DNA of 64,000 nucleotides from Somniosus microcephalus (taxonomy: Eukaryota), in assembly GCA_052327205.1 (NCBI GenBank), contig CM126204.1, forward strand, positions 142,786,001 through 142,850,000, given 5' to 3'. Below are positions 1 through 12,719 of this stretch, one piece after another. The notes beneath the pieces were generated by a model, which ran no database searches, had not been told where the DNA came from, and was given only the letters and a program-made list of their open reading frames with translations. Both the position numbers and the translations under genes were made by a program. How positions within the stretch are numbered: the first letter of the stretch is position 1; every line of letters begins with the position of its first letter.

Positions 1-992
1 AGTCCCCCCAGTGCAAGGACTCTTGCTTAAATTATATAGACAGGAACGGCTCAAATAAATTTGTAGCTTTATGATTCATGACTGAATGATTAATTATGTA
101 TTTACTAAAGATTAGTGGCAAAGCAATTTTTATATTCTTTGAAAAGAGTGAAGGGCAGCTTATGACTTTTATTTCACAGTCCATACTACGCCCTTTTCCC
201 CTGCTGCTTACCCTATTTTTAAAAATCAATTTACTGCCTGAAAAAAAATCAGCTGACACCAGTAACATCATTTAGAAATGAAATAACGGTTGATTATTAC
301 ATTTTTAAAGTTTTTCTTTTCGAGAAAAGCACAACTGTTTAAACATGTTATTTACAGTTCAGACAGAATTTTTTTCGAACTGCGTCAGTTTTTACCTTCT
401 CAACAGTTTGAATGCCCTCTTTTTTTTGGGGGGGGGAGAGGGTTTGGGGAACTTCTATTTTTAAATACAGTACTGAGGAGGAACTCAAATATCTCTTGAA
501 AATCGGCATTTATCACTTTTGTGACAAAACCTTAACCTTGTCTGCAGGACTACAAGTTTTCTTTTGCTCGTTCTTCTTAATAAATATAAGGATAAATTCA
601 TTGATCTTGTGTCCCGAGTGTGGAGCTGCGTTCGAAGGGGAAGCGGATTGGGGAGTTGGTGCTACAGTGTTGTAGCCTCATCTCTGACCTGAGCACTTTT
701 TTGAGTGCAGTTTCTCTCTGGGTGTGCAGGATCGGCAAGTTTTCCCTACAAAGTACATACAGAAAGCTTTATAAAGATATAAGTCGTGACTGTTTTAGGT
801 TACAGCGTTCTGCCACTGCTGTGAAGCGGTTTCTACTGCGTAGCAAGGCAAAGTCAGCGATTAAGTTTGAAGTCGAGTACTGACCTACCTCCAGACGTGA
901 GCAGTGTGCACTACCCTGAGAGAGTACTGCTCACCTACGGTAGAATCATAAATAGAGTGCTGCCAGCTGCAAATTTATATGGTAGCCAGCAC

Positions 993-1354
993 TCGGGTTG
1001 CCAACTCTGGCTGGGTGTATTCCTGGAGGTTTCATGGTATGACCGCCTCGCCCCTACGCTCCCCTCATTGGGCGCCCGACATGTCCATTCTCACGGCGCC
1101 CCACCTTCACGCGCCAATCAGAAAGCGAACAGACTCTTCGTTACCCGGCTGGATGACTCTTGACTGTCAGTCAAATAGCCTTTTCTTTCCCATCACCAAC
1201 ATTTTTATAACTAATAAACAAAAGTGTTGAAAGATTTTTTATTAAATTTTATGCCCCCTATGATTTTTCTCCTGGGTTGTTCCCAACAATGACCTGGAGA
1301 TTAAGCTCCAATTTCTGGAGACTCCAGGGCAATCCTGGAGGGTTGGCAACCCTA
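993..1354. mobile_element. Non-autonomous hAT-like DNA transposon (MITE)
   Basis: TIRs tcgggttgccaac...gttggcaacccta; 8-bp flanks gccagcac / gccagccc (7/8 match). Confidence 0.7.
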
Positions 1355-1975
1355 GCCAGCCCTCTGGAATTAGCAGTTACAATATAAACATTACTCTTGT
1401 CTGTACTTTTCCATTTGCATAGTGTAGAAAAAAAAATAGCTGAACCACATCTGATCTAACTTAGGTCAAATATACACAGTTATTCACCTACAATGTGATA
1501 ATGGTCGAAAGGTCTGCCAGAAAATAGACTATAGAATACACTCCTTTGTTAAGTAAATAGACGAGCAGAACAATTACTCAATGAAGATATATAATAATCC
1601 ACATTCTCAAACACGATGTTCTCACCACACACCAAAGGTTTAGCCAGGGATACTCACTAACTTTTGGCCGAGGCCCACAATTCCAAGCACCGACCTGCCT
1701 GCTGGCTGCTGGCCGTCCCCCGGATTTTGATCAAGCCTAATGGTGGGCATCTTTTGACGCTGTTCATCATCGCCTGGCGTTGCATGCATGTCCTTTTTTT
1801 TAAATCAAAATGGGGAAATTTTGAAGTGTTTTGCAGTCTCTTTTCAAAAGCTCTGAGTCACCGAAATTCTTCAGTTATCATTAGAGCTACTGAGTCATGT
1901 CTCCTGGCAACCACAAGAAGAAGTGCTTCCAGCCAATCACCGATCGCAAATCAGCTTGAAGAGGTTTTCACGTAC

Positions 1976-1996
1976 CTCACTGGGCATTGGAGACAG
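1976..1996 (-). CDS. Candidate 21-nt PLCB1 cassette micro-exon (LSPMPSE)
   Basis: tgcctgtttttatag|CTGTCTCCAATGCCCAGTGAG|gtacgt. Symmetric phase 0, matching the phase of the preceding exon end. No transcript evidence available. Confidence 0.4.
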
Positions 1997-3504
1997 CTAT
2001 AAAAACAGGCACAGCCAAGCCCGTCCAAAAAAAAGTACGTTTCAGCTGAAGTTACAACAAACTTTGGTAGTCTCTTGTACCACCATTCATATTTTAATGA
2101 TTGTAAAGTACAACTCTGTCAGCTATTTTGACTGTTAAAAATAAATGGGCAACGAGCAACGCTTTTGCATGTATTTGAATGCATGCATGGAGTGCTGCCT
2201 TCCTCAGTTTTAAAGTCATGAGAGCAAGGTGTGGCACATGGCTTACCCACTTGCCCTGTGATTACAGCCAGTACCGCAACCATCAAAAACCATTTAAGCC
2301 TGACATTAATATGTGTTTCAACTTTTCTCCCCACCCCGTTCATAATTTCTCTTCCTTTAATTGCCTTTTGATCTTTTCCTGTCCTTTTCTTTTCCCACTG
2401 CCCTTTCTCTCTCTCTGCCTTTTTTCTTTCATTGTTCTTTTTCTCCCCGTTGCTTTCCCTCTTCTTGTTTCTCTGCTTTTTCTCTTCTGTTCATGCCTTT
2501 CACCGTCCACCCACGCAGCTGTGAGCATGAGTGCTGCCATGACAGCTTGGTCAGTGAGAAAGTAAAGGAACCAGATGGGAGCAAGTCTTACCCAGAATCC
2601 ATGGCGGCGGTGAAAGCTCCCTATCTACAGGCCCTATAATATTAATATGAGTCTTTCACTGGCAATATACAAGTTCTGGGGAAATCCCGCCTCCATCGCG
2701 TTCTTTCGCTTTTTCTCACTCTGCAGCAAGAAAACTGCCACAGAGTGGAGGAGGAAGACAAGAGGATGGAAAAATGAGGAGAAAGCCAGTATATAGAGAG
2801 TTTAATTTACATCTGACCAGACCTGATGCTGACACTGAGGGGGGTGTTTTTCTACTGTTGGATGCCATTTCTTGCCTGAAAAATAGGCGGGCAGCATCTA
2901 TAAAATGGCCTCCACTTCAGCCAACCCCATTGATAACCAAGGCACATATGATGCAATTTTCAGGCAGGCCTGTAAATGGGTAGGCTGACCCGCTCACCTG
3001 TTTCAGGTGGGAGACTGCTTAAATATGCAAATCGGAGTCCTACGCAGGTTGTAGGACCTGTCTTGCAATTTTAAGCACATACACCGTGTATGCTCCGCCC
3101 AATTGTACCAGGTGTCGAGTGGCTTAACTAGCGATACTTAAAAGGACTGCTGGAGGCCGCTCAAAAAAAGTCGTAGAAATTAGATGGAGAAAAGATGTCA
3201 CCACCCATTAGCCAAGTTTCAGTCAAGGACAGGATGTCACTGCAATTGACAATGATGATGGATGGCAAGTGCCTTGTCTGCGTGTGATCGGACATTCTGG
3301 TGGGAAATGCAGACAGAGGTTGTGATTGTTGATCCAATGGCAGCATCTGAGGGGCTAGTAGTGGATGGAGTAAGTGGGGCGGGAAAAAGATTGGCGAAAT
3401 TATCCCCCAGCAGGCACCTTGGGCGGGAAGGTCGCCAAGAGAGGAGCAGTTATGGTTCCTGCCGATTGGATGTCTCGATGGGCCTTTTGAAGAACGGCAA
3501 AAGA

Positions 3505-3915
3505 AATAAAAAGAACTTGCATTTATATTGTGCCTTTCATGACGGCAGGACATCCCAAAGCGCTTTACAGCTCATGACATACTTTTGAAGTGTAGTCACT
3601 GTTGCAATGTAGGAAAAAAGGCAGTCAATTTAGGACAGCAAGGTCCCACAAACAGCAATGTGATAATGACCAGATAATCCATTTTAGTGATGTTGATTGA
3701 GGGATAAATATTGGCCAAGACACCGGGGAGAACTCCCCTGCTCTTCTTCGAAATAGTGCCATGGCATCTTTTCCATCCACCAGAGAGGGCATATCGGTTT
3801 AACGTTTCATCCAAAACATGTCACCTCCGACAGTGTAGCACTCCCTCAGTACTGCACTGGGAGTGTCAGCCTAGAAATTTGTGCTCAAATCTCTGTGCTC
3901 AGGAGAGGGACAGTG
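3505..3915 (-). mobile_element. Deu-domain SINE (SacSINE1/AmnSINE1-like)
   Basis: Core GTACTGAGGGAGTGCT...CCATGGCACTATTTCGAAGAAGAGCAGGGGAGTT and L2-like tail ATATAAATGCAAGT; recurs at several places in the window. Confidence 0.8.
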
Positions 3916-4241
3916 GGTAGTTGTAGGCTTATCAAAGGATGATTCAAGCCTGGAAAGGTTGCAGGAAAGTAGGAAGGCAGAAGAGTAGTGGTGGGTTGTG
4001 GTTTGGAGTGGGGGCATACTTCCCAAGAGGAGAAAAATGAAATGTCGTCTAACTGGGCAACTGGAAGGGGAGAAGACGGAGAGAAAGGGTCTGAGAGGAG
4101 ACAAGAGAAAAAAGAGATAGAAGTAATGTGCTCAGTTCTAGAGCAACAATCAAAATGTGCATGTGAATAGACACGGAGGGAATTTAGGTGATTAGAATAG
4201 ACATGGCCTGGCCATAAACAGACCATAGGCTGAATTTTTAC

Positions 4242-7200
4242 TGTGATAAATCCATGTAGTGAGACAAGGACTCGAAGAGGCGAGGTATTAGGATTAATAA
4301 GAGTACTTTATTAAACGACTGCGAAACAACCAGGCAGGCTTGCATCCAGGCATTGCACCCTTGCTGACCTTGACAGGAAGCAAACCTCTGACCTTAACAG
4401 GAAGCAAACCTCTGACCTTAGCAGCAGCATTGGCTACAGCACCACCTGGTGGATAACCTTAATCATAACATCCCCGGTTACTATATCCCTCCTCCCTTAA
4501 GATTTCAGTATGAATTTCTTAACAAACAACCATTCCTAAGGGTCACATAAGGAGTCTCCATTCATCATGTTCCATACTTGATGAATCTAACAGGTCAGTA
4601 TCAATCTCTCTGGTGGCTTGCGAGCCCTTTGTGAACGTCTAACAGTAAAGTCCCTGATTGTTTGTGGTGAAGCCACCAGCTGCTCCTGAGCAGTGCTCAG
4701 AGTATCTGACAATGCAACGATGGTTTTCTCTTGATGAATAGGTTCCTGTGGAATTGTCTCTGTTCTTGGTGGTGGCACCACAGATGCACTTGGATAACTG
4801 GGGGCAACCCTGTCTTCAGTCATTGCATCTGGAATCTTCATTTCAATTTCCCCTTGTCTGGGAAGTATCTGATCTACATGTCTGCGTACTACCCTACCAT
4901 CACCCAACATGACCTTGTATGATACTGGACCTGTCATTGAGTCAATGAAGCCAGGAATCCACTTTGGTCCATAACTGAAATTCCTGGTAAGGACTGCATC
5001 TCCTTCTCCAAAACTTCGGCTCTTTGTTCTTTTGTCATGGTTCTCTTTTTGTTTGTTTTGTCTGTTTTCCATTTTCCTTTTTAGGTCTGGGTGGACAAGG
5101 TCAAGAGTGGAGCGTAGTCTACGACCTAATAACATCTCAGCAGGAGAGAGTCCTGTGGTAGATTGAGGCGTTATTCTGTAGCTGAACAGAACCCGTGACA
5201 CTTTGGCTGCTAAACTCCCTTCTGCACTTTTTTTCATCATCTCCTTAAATGTTTGTACGGCTCTCTCCGCAAGTCCATTCGAGGACGGATGATATGGAGC
5301 TGAGGTCACCTGCACTATGCCATTTTTTCCTCAAGAACTCTTTTGTCTCTGTACTCACAAAACAAGTGGCATTGTCACTCACCACGATCTCCGGTAGCCC
5401 TTGATTACTGAAGCTCCGATGCAGGCAGTCTATAGTAGTAGTGGCGGAAGCAGAATTTACAGGATAAACATCCATCCATTTGGAATGTGCATCAATGATT
5501 ATGAGGAACATCTTCCCCATGAATGGACCCGCATAATCTAAGTGCAATCTTCTCCATGGTTTATCCGGCCACTCCCAGGGGTGGAGAGGAGCCGCTGCTG
5601 GTGCCTTCCGGTGTTCCTGACAAGTGCTGCATGTCTTGACTAGATTTTCTATCTCCTCATCTAGCTTTGGCCACCACAAGTAACTCCTAGCCAAGGCTTT
5701 CATACGCGAGACCCCAGGATGACACTGATGTAGTTGCTCTAGGATAGACTGTCGTGTTGGCTGTGGAATAATCACTCGTGCTCCCCACAACATGCAACCA
5801 TCCTGCACACTCAGCTCTGTTTTCCTGACACTGTGGGGTGTGAAGTCAGCCCCTTCCGGATGCTGTGGCCATCCCCTCACCACATATTCTCGAACTCTAG
5901 ACAGTACTGGATCTTTACCTGTCCATGTTCTTACTTGCTCTGCAGTCACAAGTGCCGTGTCAGTGTCCTCCAACATCAAAACTCTGTCCTCTGGAGCTGC
6001 ACGGATAGGTGTGCCTGGCAGTGGAAGACAGCTCAAGGCATCTGCGTTCCCATGGCACTTGCCCGCCTTGTAGACGATTACATACTCATATGCCCTCAAC
6101 ATCACTGCCCACCTCTGGATCCGGGGTGACACCATCTGTGGAACTGCTTCCATTTCATTGAAAAGAGAGAGAAGAGGTTTATGATCGGTGCATATGGTGA
6201 ACTTCCTGCCATATATGTACTTGTGGAACCTCTGTAACCCAAACATTACTGCTAACCCCTCTTTGTCTAACTGGGAATAGTTTTTTTCCGCTGGTGTTAA
6301 GAGTTCGGGACATAAACCCTATTGGTCTTTCAGTTCCATCTTCCATGCAGTGTGAAAGAACTGCCCCCACCCCATAAGGTGAAGCGTCACAAGAGAGAAT
6401 GATGTCTTTCTCTGCATTGTAGTGAACCAGCACATCCAACGACAGCATCAGTTTCTTGGACTGTTCAAATGAAACCCCCTGCTCCTCTCCCCACTGCCAC
6501 TGTGTCTCCTTGCGCAGTAGTTTGTGAAGAGGTGCTAACACAGTTGACAAGTTTGGTAAAAACCTGTTATAATAGTTCAGCAGTCCCAGGTAAGCTTTTA
6601 ACTCAGCCACATTTGTAGGAGCAGGGGCGTCCTGCAGTGCTTGTACCTTCTCCTTGAGTGGATGGAGCCCGGTGGCATCCACTCTGTGTCCCAGGAACAC
6701 TGCCTCATTCCCCAGGAAAGTGCACTTACTCCTCTTGAGCCGGAACCCTGCCCTCTTCAATCTCTGTAGTACCTCTCTCAGAGTGCTCAGATGCTCCTGG
6801 TCGGTTCTTCCCGTCACCAGAATGTCATCCAGATAGATGGAAACATGTGGAATCCCTTGCAGTACACCTTCGATTGTCCTCTGGAAGATAGCTGGACTAG
6901 ATGAGACACCAAATGGTAAGCGGTTATATGTAAACAAGCCCTTGTGTGTATTTATGGTGACATACTTCTTTGATTCGTCATCCAGTGTAATCTGCAAGTA
7001 GGCATGACTCATATCCAACTTTGTGAATTTCTTTCCTCCAGCCAGGTTTGCAAAGAGATCCTCTGTTTTGGGAATCGGATACTGCTCTAGTTTGGACACC
7101 CGATTGACTGTCAATTTATAGTCTCCACAGAGTCTTACCGAATTGTCCGGTTTTAAAACAGGTACTATGGGAGCTGCCCATTCCGAACATTTCACTGGCT

Positions 7201-8971
7201 CCAGTATGTTCTCTCTCAATAGACGGTCAAGCTCAGCCTCTACCTTTGGCTTCATGGCATAAGGCACAGGTCGTTGTTTAAAAAACCTTGGCGGTGCCTC
7301 CTTGTCTACATAAATCTTAGCTGGGGGGCCATTAAATGTGCCAAGTTCCTCCTTGAACACATTCTCATGTTCTCTCAACACTTCTTGCAAAGTCAACTGT
7401 TTGCCCGCATCTATTTGATGTACTGCTCCCCAGTCTAATTTAAGTTCTTTTATCCAGCCCCGACCTAACAGGTTTGGTCCGTTACCCGATACTATATCAG
7501 CTGGTAGCTGTTCCACTGTGTCCCTGTGTTGCACAGTTACATTAGCTGTACCTAATGTCGCTACTCGTTCACCTGTATATGTTTTAAGATGCAGGGAGCA
7601 AGGCTTTAACTCTGGAACTTTTGCACGGTTCCACAATTTTGAGCACTCTGCCTTGTTCATTATGGTCACACCGCACCCTGTATCCACTTCAAAGTTCACC
7701 TTAGAGTCATTTACTGTCAGTTGCAATGTGATAGGAGCCACTTTTGGAATGTTCTTTAACATGCTATACATTATGAACATATCCTCTTCTTCCTCAGCTT
7801 CTCCGCTGATGTGGTGTGCTCCATGTTTTTTCACTTCTCTCCCTTGGTTTTGCTGTCCTCCCCCTTTTGGTTTGGATTCCTCCACAGGTGATTTTGCCCT
7901 GCAAGCTCGTTTTATGTGTCCTTGTTTCCCACACTTGTAGCACTTTTCCTCCAGAAACCGGCATTCACTCGCCAGGTGATCGCCCTTGCATCTATAACAT
8001 GCCTTCACATGCTCACGTTGTGGTTTCTGACGCATGTTCAACTTGTGCACAACAACCTGACCTGCAACTTGCGTAGCATTAGCCCTGTCTGAACCCTGTA
8101 TTTCTTTTACATCTCGGTTCGCTGTCTCTATGGCTTGAGCAAGTTCCAATGCTTTTTCATAAGTAAGCCCAGTCTCGGATAATAATCTGTGCTGCATTCG
8201 GTCATCCATTATTCCGCAAACTAGCTTATCTCTCAGCATTTCCTTCAGGTTGTTCCCATAATTGCAATCTTGTGCTAATTTACACAACACCACTACATAG
8301 TCCATTACACTCTCTTCCTCTTTCCTGTTCCTTGAATTAAACTTGAACCGCTGTACAATCTCACTAGGCTTAGGGTTGAAATGTTCTTTTAGCAAGGCCA
8401 CTAATTCAACAAATGATTTGTCTCCAGGCTTTTCAGGACTGAGCAGATTCTTCATCAAACTGTAGGTTTGGCTTCCCACTGAACTAAGCAGAATGGCTTT
8501 CCTTTTTCCGGCATCATTTATTTCATTTGCTTCGAAAAAAATAACCCAAAACTTCACAGTATTCCTCCCAGGTTTGTGTTTGACTATCAAAAGCGGAAAC
8601 CATTCCTACCATGGCAGCCATGCTCTCTTCCAGCTGGTAGCTAACCGTAGCTTGTAATTTTGTTGTTTAAACGTCCTGGCAGACTTTTCTTCTTTGTTCA
8701 GGGTCCTTTAGTTACCTCGTCGCCAAATGTGATAAATCCATGTCGTGAGACAAGGACTCGAAGAGGCGAGGTATTAGGATTAATAAGAGTACTTTATTAA
8801 ACGACTGCGAAACAACCAGGCAGGCTTACATCCAGGCATTGCACCCTTGCTGACCTTGACAGGAAGCAAACCTCTGACCTTAACAGGAAGCAAACCTCTG
8901 ACCTTAGCAGCAGCATTGGCTACAGCACCACCTGGTGGCTAACCTTAATCATAACATCCCAGATTACTATA
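4242..8971 (-). mobile_element. Gypsy LTR retrotransposon (Mag/K02A2.6-like), full length, frameshifted
   Basis: 244-bp LTRs 4242-4485 and 8728-8971 (5 differences counted by eye); TSD TTTAC; PBS TGGCGACGAGG; PPT AAGGGAGGAGGGA. Confidence 0.95.
4587..8621 (-). pseudogene. gag-pol of the Gypsy element, broken into at least 3 ORFs
   Basis: Two CCHC knuckles, protease VDTG, RT YLDD, RNaseH CDASPYG, integrase HHCC and DAHSKW/SDN/GLAER across ORFs 6179-8590, 5245-6246 and 4587-5315. Confidence 0.92.
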
Positions 8972-9289
8972 TTTACATTGCCGTCGGGGCGGGTGCGGGG
9001 GGCCGTGGATTGTGTTGAAGCGACGTGTCTTGCAGTGGCTTTTTAACAAAGCCACTGCAATTGAATCAGACTTCCGGGTTCCCGACCAATTAACTGGAGT
9101 GGGTCTGATGAAGTCACGGATGACTCGACTTCAGCTCAGCTATTTAAAGGAGCAATGCACAGATGACAGTTGGAAGGTTGGTGGAGGTGCAAGAGACGTT
9201 GTAGGGGGAGAGAGTGCATTGTGTAAAGAGTAATTTGCTTGTTGGTATATAAATTTATACAGATTGATAATCAAAAATGAAGGCTCAGT

Positions 9290-10010
9290 GCCAAAAGGCT
9301 GCCCCCCAGATTTAGTGATGCCTCCCTGGAAATTCTGCTCCAAGGAGTCAGTGCCCACAGGGAGGACCTCTTCCCTGGTGATGGGAGGAAGAGGCCAGCA
9401 GCCAAGACCAAGAGGGCATGGCTGGAGATCTCGGAGGAAGTGAGCAGCAGGAGTATGGTACCCAGGTCGTGGATACAGTGCAAGTAGTGTTGTCAGCTGG
9501 TATCTCACAGATCACACGTGAGCAAGAGCAGATGGTGGAGACAGAGACAGCAGTGGAGAGTCCTCGTTGGAGGGTGCAGGACGCTCCAAGCTGTGCTCCG
9601 CTAGATGAAGATGCTGAACCTCGGGGGCCATCGACAAAGAGGAGCAGCAAAATATACGGGAAGCACCGGCAGCCTTTCCAGCTGCGATGTGCTAGATTGT
9701 AGGGAAAATGGAGGAGTCCATCTCCATCTCCAATATGAGCAGCACAATGTCGCAGGCCATGACTAGGATGTGCTCTTCCATTGAAAGGGTGGCCACCTGC
9801 ATGGAGCATCAAATGCGCCAGTCGAACGAGTGCATGTTTGCTGTGAACAACAGCTTGCAGACTCTGATTGCAGTCATATCCAGGATAGATAGAAACCTAG
9901 AGTTGGCCGTTCATCGCCCCACTGATGTGCAGCAAGGTGCTCTCCAGCTCCTTGCTAGTAGGGAAGTGCAGGTGGGCCATGAGAGGGATAATGGTGAGAG
10001 GGGACATGGA
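9290..10010 (+). pseudogene. Harbinger Myb/SANT-like DNA-binding protein remnant
   Basis: Reads PRFSDASLEILLQGV...KRAWLEISEEVSSRSMVPRSWIQCK (MSANTD/NAIF1-type trihelix), then a coiled-coil-like ORF at 9708-10058. Confidence 0.7.
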
Positions 10011-10109
10011 AGTTGGTTCAGCATCTGGGTGCCATATGGGTGCACTGGTGCAACTTAACTAAATCGTGCCATGATGAGGCCGTCCCGGCCTCCTGCGCAG
10101 CAATGTGCG

Positions 10110-10191
10110 CCACTGCTGGTGCCTTGTCCGCCGCTGCTGGTGCCTTGTCCGCCGCTGCTGGTGCCTTGTCCGCCGCTGCTGGTGCCTTGTC
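10110..10191. repeat. 21-bp minisatellite (gctgctggtgccttgtccgcc) x~4
   Basis: Direct tandem units visible at the 3' end of the transposase remnant. Confidence 0.85.
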
Positions 10192-10240
10192 CATTTCAGG
10201 TTGCTCCTCCTCCTCTTCGTGTTCTTCCTACTCTTCCTCC

Positions 10241-11265
10241 TCATCCATCTCCTCCTCCGAAGAGGCTCTGCGCTCTGCTCCTCCTGCAGCTCCAATCCTC
10301 ACTACTGCGCTCTGTTCTGCATACCATGATGATTCTGGAGACCCTGGCTGGTGTGTACTCAAGGGCTCCTCCAGATCTGTCAAGGCATTTGAAGCGCATC
10401 TTCAGCATCCCTATTGTTTGCTCTATGACGCATCTCATCGTCATGTGGCTTTGATTGTAGCGCTCTTTGGCCTCATTGCTTGGTCTCCTCAAGAGTGTCA
10501 TCAGCCACGTCTTCAGTGGATATACCTTGTCTCCAAGCAGCCAGCCGGTAAGTCTGGTCGAAAGTGCGAAGAGCTGAGGGAGAGTGGACGGGCGCAGGAT
10601 GAATGAGTCATGACAGCTGTCAGGGAATCTGGCACACACATGCATGATGATCTTTATGTGGTTGCAGACGAGCTGCACATTGAGGGAGTGGAAGCCCTTA
10701 CGGTTCACAAACTCTCCTGGGTGATCTGGGGTGCCTTGATGGGCACATGTGTGCAGTCAATGACGCCGCAAAGCCGAGTGCCCGCTCAGTCTAACTGGCT
10801 TCATCAGTGTACATAAGTGCCTGACTTGTTAAACATGGCATCGGTCACTTGGGTGATGCATTTGTGGGCGGCTGACTGCGAGATCCTGCAAATGACTCCT
10901 GCAGATCCCTGGAAGGAGCCTGAGGGGATGAAGTTGAGGGCAGTGGCGACTTTGACAGCCACTGGTAACGCGTATCCACCAGGTTCACTTGGCAGCAGGT
11001 CTTCTTCCAGCAGGCCACAAATGTCTGCCACAATCTGACGTGACAGCCTGAGCCTCTTGAGGCACTGCTGCTAATCCTCTGCCTATACCCTGTGTTGGGG
11101 TATCACCTCCTGCAAGGTGCACCCCATGCTCACCCCTTCTCTCCTGTGGAGTGGCAGGTCGGTCAGGAGAAGGCTGCTGCTGCTACTGCTGGTGTTGTTG
11201 CTGTTGGGGCTCATCTTGGTCCGAATCTGCGGTCCAAGGTGAAACAGCATAAGCGGCACCCATTC
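10241..11265 (-). pseudogene. Harbinger (HARBI1-like) DDE transposase remnant
   Basis: [50 protein letters not shown]; HTH part at 10804-11031; frameshifted. Confidence 0.88.
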
Positions 11266-11912
11266 TGATCTGATATATGCCAGGTAAAATCAGAGACACA
11301 ATCCTCCAATGTCGTGAGAGTGACTTCCAACATTGTAGAAATCACCTGCAAACTCCTGAAAGAAAACGCACAGCACAAATGGTGTCAGCAAGAGCCTTTG
11401 TCTTAGGCAAGGAAGCAGGTGTGAGTATTTCTGTGACTTTTCTTTAACTGACATTTGTTCAACTCCCACAACAGGCGCTCGACTCTCACCTTACTTTCAC
11501 TGGCGATGTTCAGCAAGCCCGGAAATCCCATGGACAGCCAGTAAAAGCTGCAACATCAGGTAAAAAAGCTGTTAGTAGCCTCTTTATGAGCTCTAAACTG
11601 CTTTAATTAGGTCACCCGCCTCTCCCGAGGGGGTCTTTGGCGCACTGATTAACACGCCTGAGTTAAAGGCGGAAGCCAGCAGGTTGAAGCCAGCTTCCCG
11701 ATGCCCTGTCAATTTCAGCACTTTTAACTGCAAAGTAAAAATTCCGGCCCATGCCCCTTACTCCAGGTGCCTTGTATCGGTTGGATCAAAAACTTGTCAC
11801 ACTCAGTACACCCGGTACCCGAATATTACAATAAAATGTTACAATATCTGATTAACCAACTGTCAGCCCACAGGTGCAAACATTGACTGGATCAACAACC
11901 TCACCAAATACT

Positions 11913-12420
11913 AATAACAACAACTTGCATTTATATAGAACCTTTAACATAGTAAAACCGAGGCGCTTCGAGCGATTATCAAACAAAATTTGACACCGAG
12001 CCACGTAAGGAGAAATTAGGGCAGGTGGGAAAAGCTTGGTCAAAGAGGCAGGTTTTAAGGAGCATCTTAAAGGAGGAAAGAGAGGTAGAGAGGTTTAGGG
12101 AGGTAATTGCAGAGCTTAGGGCCTCGGCAGCTGACGGCACGGCCGCCAAGCGAGGAGCGATTCAAATCAGGGATGCTCAAGATGCCAGAATTGGAGGAGC
12201 GCAGAGATCTCGGAGGGTTGTAGGGCTGGAGGAGATTACAGAGATAGGGAGGGGCGAGGCCATGGAGGGATTTGAAAACAAGGATCAGAATTTTAAAGTT
12301 GAGGCGTTGCTGGATCGGGAGCCAATGTCGGTCAGCGAGCACAGGGGTGATGGGTGAACGGGACTTGGTGCGAGTTAGGGTACGGGCAGCAGAGTTTTGG
12401 ATGAACTGAAGTTTATGGAA
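11913..12420 (-). mobile_element. L2 LINE 3' fragment (similar copies ~19548-19870, 28653-29030, 61617-61885)
   Basis: HWLPIQQRLNFKILILVFKSLHGLAPPYL...GGRAVS motif and tail ATATAAATGCAAG(TTG)n. Confidence 0.85.
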
Positions 12421-12719
12421 AGTAGAACTCTACAAAGCAAGGCTCACAAATTTAACAGAAATAGTCCTTTTTAAAAAAAAAAATGTGAGTCTCCCTCTAG
12501 ATAAGGATCGCGAGTGGAGCAGGCCTGGCTCCTGTTCTGCAATATTGAATTTTGGCACGGTGCCTAAAACAGGTGTTAAGCGCCTGACTTACATACATAA
12601 GGGGCCTAACGCCAGTTTTAGGCAGCAGCCAGGGATGCCTAAAAAATTGCCTGACCTGATATTGGATGTTGGTCCCCGAAATTGAACGGGGCATAAAACA
12701 GGCAGAAGAGGTCCAAATT

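Larger units (their letters stand above)
4227..11749. mobile_element. Decayed PIF/Harbinger transposon, left TIR split by an LTR element
   Basis: TIRs aggctgaatttttac[..]attgc / gcaaagtaaaaattccggcc; 3-bp TSD CAT (4224-4226, 11750-11752); convergent Myb/SANT and DDE transposase remnants. Confidence 0.8.

Noticed and set aside
204-245. 26-nt block with strong AG/GT sites on the minus strand
   Set aside because: Has a stop in phase 0 and is not frame-preserving; no support as a coding exon.
2119-2343. Hydrophobic ORF (LKWFLMVAVLAVITGQV|gtaag) as signal-peptide exon of a nested secreted gene or selenoprotein
   Set aside because: Splicing to the 21-nt block gives an immediate TGA, no SECIS-like stem was found downstream, and no family is recognisable.
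10013-10606. 197-aa plus-strand ORF
   Set aside because: Antisense of the transposase remnant plus a 21-bp minisatellite.
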